From Candidatus Sigynarchaeum calidifontis (GTDB taxonomy: Archaea > Asgardarchaeota > Lokiarchaeia > Sigyniarchaeales > Sigyniarchaeaceae), in NCBI GenBank assembly GCA_030587475.2, contig JAUQYZ020000035.1:1-64000 (forward strand): a stretch of DNA of 64,000 bases. Reading direction: 5' to 3'. The notes below the pieces were generated by a model that saw nothing but the letters and a program-made list of their open reading frames with translations, did no database searches and was not told where the DNA came from. The position numbers and the translations under genes are program-made. Positions 60,706 through 64,000 of this stretch are shown piece after piece (the stretch's first letter is position 1; every line of letters begins with the position of its first letter).

Positions 60706-61050
60706 ATGTTGGAAGCAAACGTAAAAAACCAGTGGATAGACGTGGATGTGGAAGAATTGTTTTGTAGTCGACTACGGATAAAAATATTGAAAATACTTGC
60801 TCGATATGGAGAAATTAATATCTCTGCTCTCGTGAAAGAAACCGCTTCAAATCATGCTGAAATCCTTAAAAATATCTCGTACCTGCGGCAAAAAGATCTC
60901 CTGGAAGAAAAATTCTTCGGCCGAATCCACATCGTGCGGATGCGGAAGGAAACCCTTCTTGGAAAGGTGATAACGGATTTCTTTAATTTTTTTACTTACT
61001 CGACTTCCGGGGATTTTATAAGAGTCTATGAAAAAGAAAAACATGATTGA
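60706..61050 (+). CDS. Winged-helix (ArsR-like) protein
   Basis: LFCSRLRIKILKILARYGEINISALV...LLEEKFFGRI. Confidence 0.8.
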   Translation: MLEANVKNQWIDVDVEELFCSRLRIKILKILARYGEINISALVKETASNHAEILKNISYLRQKDLLEEKFFGRIHIVRMRKETLLGKVITDFFNFFTYSTSGDFIRVYEKEKHD

Positions 61051-61813
61051 TAATTCACTAAGTACTGCGGAACGCCAAGAAGCAGCGCAAGTGCTTGAGA
61101 AATATCGAAAAAAATACATGTGTGGCATGGGGCCCTTTCTCGGCAAAGTGATCACGAAGGCAATCGAATCCGATACCGGGCGGGAAACGCTTTCAAAACT
61201 CACGGAACAATTCTTCAATTCCACCTACTTCAACAACATCAGCAACGACGGCTTGCCGCAGAACACGAGGGTTCTTCTTGGTTTTGACGTGTGGCAAACT
61301 CCTTGCAAGGTGGAACATATCAGGTGCTTGGACGACAAACATATATTGACCGGTTTGATGTACGGGAACATCAACGCCTCCATCGATGATAGTAAAATCG
61401 ATAAGATCCCTGGCCATCTAGATTTCTTTGTAAAACAAAAGGATGACAAAGATCGAGATGTTTATATTTATCCTTACGTGATGGAATGTGTTTTTTCAAG
61501 TTTTGAACAAGCTTTCTTGTTTATACGGGCGTTTTGGTATTTTATCGAAGCGCGTGTTCTCCTCCATTTGGTAGGTGGCACTCTTGATGAACAAACGTGC
61601 AGCGCGTTGAAGATATACACAGATTTACGACGATCCCTGGTATCGCCTTTTGTTCACGATAATTTCCCGGAACGGCATTATTATACCAAGGTAAATGCGA
61701 CCACGGCTGCTGAACTCGAGACTTTCTATGACAAGCATCTGTTTTCAAAACTCAGGATAGTGCAGCGCAAAGCCTTAATTATTGCACGGGTGGTAGCTCG
61801 TGGCGAAACATAA
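61028..61813 (+). CDS. Hypothetical protein
   Basis: Long ORF overlapping both neighbours. Confidence 0.65.
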   Translation: MKKKNMIDNSLSTAERQEAAQVLEKYRKKYMCGMGPFLGKVITKAIESDTGRETLSKLTEQFFNSTYFNNISNDGLPQNTRVLLGFDVWQTPCKVEHIRCLDDKHILTGLMYGNINASIDDSKIDKIPGHLDFFVKQKDDKDRDVYIYPYVMECVFSSFEQAFLFIRAFWYFIEARVLLHLVGGTLDEQTCSALKIYTDLRRSLVSPFVHDNFPERHYYTKVNATTAAELETFYDKHLFSKLRIVQRKALIIARVVARGET

Positions 61814-62411
61814 GCGAGAATCCCTTCTCAGGGTCACTATTTCTTGTGCCATCATATTCTGTTCTATCTTTTCGGCAATGATGATCATATCGAGTACGTG
61901 CTCGCCGTACGTAATCATGTCCGACTCCATGGAGCCCGTTTTGCATATTGGCGATGTCGTTTTCGTCAATCGCGACTTTGATCCCAACGAGGTCAAGTTC
62001 GGTCCTGATGGTGACATATTGGTTGTTGAAAACTATTCGATCTTCGTGGATAACGGGGTCCCAGCTTCCTTCTATGCCCATTTAGATAGCAAGACTCCCA
62101 TTATCCACCGCGCGATCGATAAACGCGTGTTAGGCGAAAAAATATATTTTATAACCAAAGGTGACAATAACCCATATGCTGATGGCTGTATCAAGTATGT
62201 AAATTGGACAAGCAGCGATTACAGCTTAATCGAATTGAATTCTTCGAATCCAGTTCCCGTACCGTCAGAGTCCATTATCGGCATAGTCGTCGCGATCGTG
62301 CCCTTTATCGGGAACTTCAAGATACATGCAACCACCATCAGCATTCACGTATTCGCCGTTTTATCTATTATATTGATAATCAATCTATGGAAAAAAAGGT
62401 GCCGTCTATAA
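61800..62411 (+). CDS. Signal peptidase I (Sec11/ER type)
   Basis: SDSMEP, GD, PIIHR, TKGDNN. Confidence 0.9.
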   Translation: MAKHKRESLLRVTISCAIIFCSIFSAMMIISSTCSPYVIMSDSMEPVLHIGDVVFVNRDFDPNEVKFGPDGDILVVENYSIFVDNGVPASFYAHLDSKTPIIHRAIDKRVLGEKIYFITKGDNNPYADGCIKYVNWTSSDYSLIELNSSNPVPVPSESIIGIVVAIVPFIGNFKIHATTISIHVFAVLSIILIINLWKKRCRL

Positions 62412-63892
62412 TGTCGAGGAACATCTTATTCATTTATCCTCCGATAACGAACGAGACCAGCCGTGGTCTTGAATCGAACTTGATAAGCGGATCAACGATT
62501 TCTCCCGAGATCAGCTTCCTCTACCTCGAGACTTACTTGCGCAGTAAAATCCCCGGTATCGAGATCGCATACCTGGATTTTCGGATCGAAGACATGAACG
62601 ATGCAGAAAACACATTGTCGAACGTGTTGAACGAGGGTATGTTCGGGTATGTCGGCATTACATGCTATAGTTGCCATTACCTCACGTCGATAGCAATAGC
62701 TCGGATTGTAAAGAAGATAAACAAGGATATTGTTATCATCATTGGAGGTTTCCATCCAACCACATGTCCAGACGATTTCACGTTCCCTGGCTCTCCAATA
62801 GATTACGTGGTTCGTGGCGAGGGAGAGATCTCGCTATATCAAATATTGGCACGTGGAGACAAGGTGGTTTCTTCACCTCGTGTGGTGGAGGGAACGCAAA
62901 TCGATAAATTAGATGAAATTCCTCCCATCTCCCTGGAACTTTTCGAAAAGTATAAAGAAAAGATGGATTTTTCCGATCTCCCTGTTTATTTCTCCCGGGG
63001 ATGCACGTTTGATTGTAGTTTTTGCATTTCACGCGAGGGTACATGCGGGTTGAAGCGGTATCGTGTTCTTTCTCCAAGCAAGGCAATCACGCAACTCGAG
63101 ATTCTCGAATCTTACAACCCGAATCGAATAACGATAATGGATTCTCTATTTGGCGCAAATCGGAAATGGTTTGACACCATCACCTCGTTGATGCAAAAGA
63201 AAAACCGGCCTTACAAAGTCAAGGTTGAAGCACATGTCGATATCTTGAGCGATGAAAAATTACACGCGTTGATAAAAAGCGGAATCGACCTGACAGTCGG
63301 TTTTGAAAATGCTTCTCCCCAACAACTCGTTCTTATGAATAAAACAAAAGATCCAATGCGTTATATATACAACATGAATCGGATTATCGATACTTTCTTC
63401 CATTCTGGTCGAGAATTGGTTGTCAATATCCTTATAGGATTTCCTGGCGAGACCAGGCGTACAATCGATGAGACGTTTGCTTTCCTTGCGAGATCGTCGC
63501 CGAAATTAGATTCCACGTTATTAAAGTTCTCCTTGTTTCGCATCTATCCAGGAACGCCAGTATTCCGCTATACACCCTTTTTCCACGATGTTTTCGGGAG
63601 CATCTTCTATACAAAGGATTGGTGGTATCATGACGTTGATCACTCCCTTTTTCCATCGATCGTGGATCCATCCCGGCATTTGGACTTGATCTCGGAAATA
63701 ACCTATGTTAGAGACAAGATCAACACTCTTTATGCCGATTTGGTGTCCCGGGGCGGTGTATCTTCCGTTACATACAAGCTGGCCTTTATACGCCATTTAT
63801 CACGGGTGAACCGGAGCTATGATGGCCTGAAAGATCGCATCGTTAACCTCCGCAACAGCGTTCCCAAGAAATTTCCGAGTTTGGCACTATAA
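62411..63892 (+). CDS. B12-binding radical SAM protein
   Basis: GGFHPT, VRGEGE, SRGCTFDCSFC, GFPGET, YPGTP; TAATG coupling to the signal peptidase. Confidence 0.9.
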   Translation: MSRNILFIYPPITNETSRGLESNLISGSTISPEISFLYLETYLRSKIPGIEIAYLDFRIEDMNDAENTLSNVLNEGMFGYVGITCYSCHYLTSIAIARIVKKINKDIVIIIGGFHPTTCPDDFTFPGSPIDYVVRGEGEISLYQILARGDKVVSSPRVVEGTQIDKLDEIPPISLELFEKYKEKMDFSDLPVYFSRGCTFDCSFCISREGTCGLKRYRVLSPSKAITQLEILESYNPNRITIMDSLFGANRKWFDTITSLMQKKNRPYKVKVEAHVDILSDEKLHALIKSGIDLTVGFENASPQQLVLMNKTKDPMRYIYNMNRIIDTFFHSGRELVVNILIGFPGETRRTIDETFAFLARSSPKLDSTLLKFSLFRIYPGTPVFRYTPFFHDVFGSIFYTKDWWYHDVDHSLFPSIVDPSRHLDLISEITYVRDKINTLYADLVSRGGVSSVTYKLAFIRHLSRVNRSYDGLKDRIVNLRNSVPKKFPSLAL

Positions 63893-64000
63893 AAAAAAAG
63901 AATTTCTTCAAGCATTCAATACAAGCGAAAAGATTAGAAGATGCCCATTTTGTTAGCCACTTCGGATGCGGGATTGGCTGGATCCAAGCGGATAAACGCT

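Overview
Archaeal chromosomal segment, by inference from an Asgard (Lokiarchaeia-like) genome: it has archaeal information-processing genes, roadblock/MglA/DENN-like proteins, an SCP2 protein and bacterial-type metabolic enzymes. Most of the window is housekeeping: M3 peptidase, UppS, thiolase/DUF35, CoaBC, ValRS, a LysW-X-Z-K cluster, the exosome superoperon (SBDS-Rrp4-Rrp41-Rrp42-eL43-Pcc1-PfdB-DHH) followed by an ECF module, PPi-PFK, POR, TPI, FtsZ2 and Cdc6, plus three tRNAs. The best candidate for an undescribed system is the minus-strand four-gene operon at 4302-10383. It encodes a catalytically dead AAA+ protein, an Smc5/6-like SMC, a divergent kleisin and a tandem winged-helix KITE protein, which together look like a complete archaeal Smc5/6-type holocomplex. 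The second candidate is a roadblock(x2)-DENN-like-MglA GTPase-pilin-like operon at 47449-50150. tRNA-Glu(CTC) carries a 28-nt intron at the non-canonical position 28/29. All family calls are from motif recognition by eye; no database search was run.
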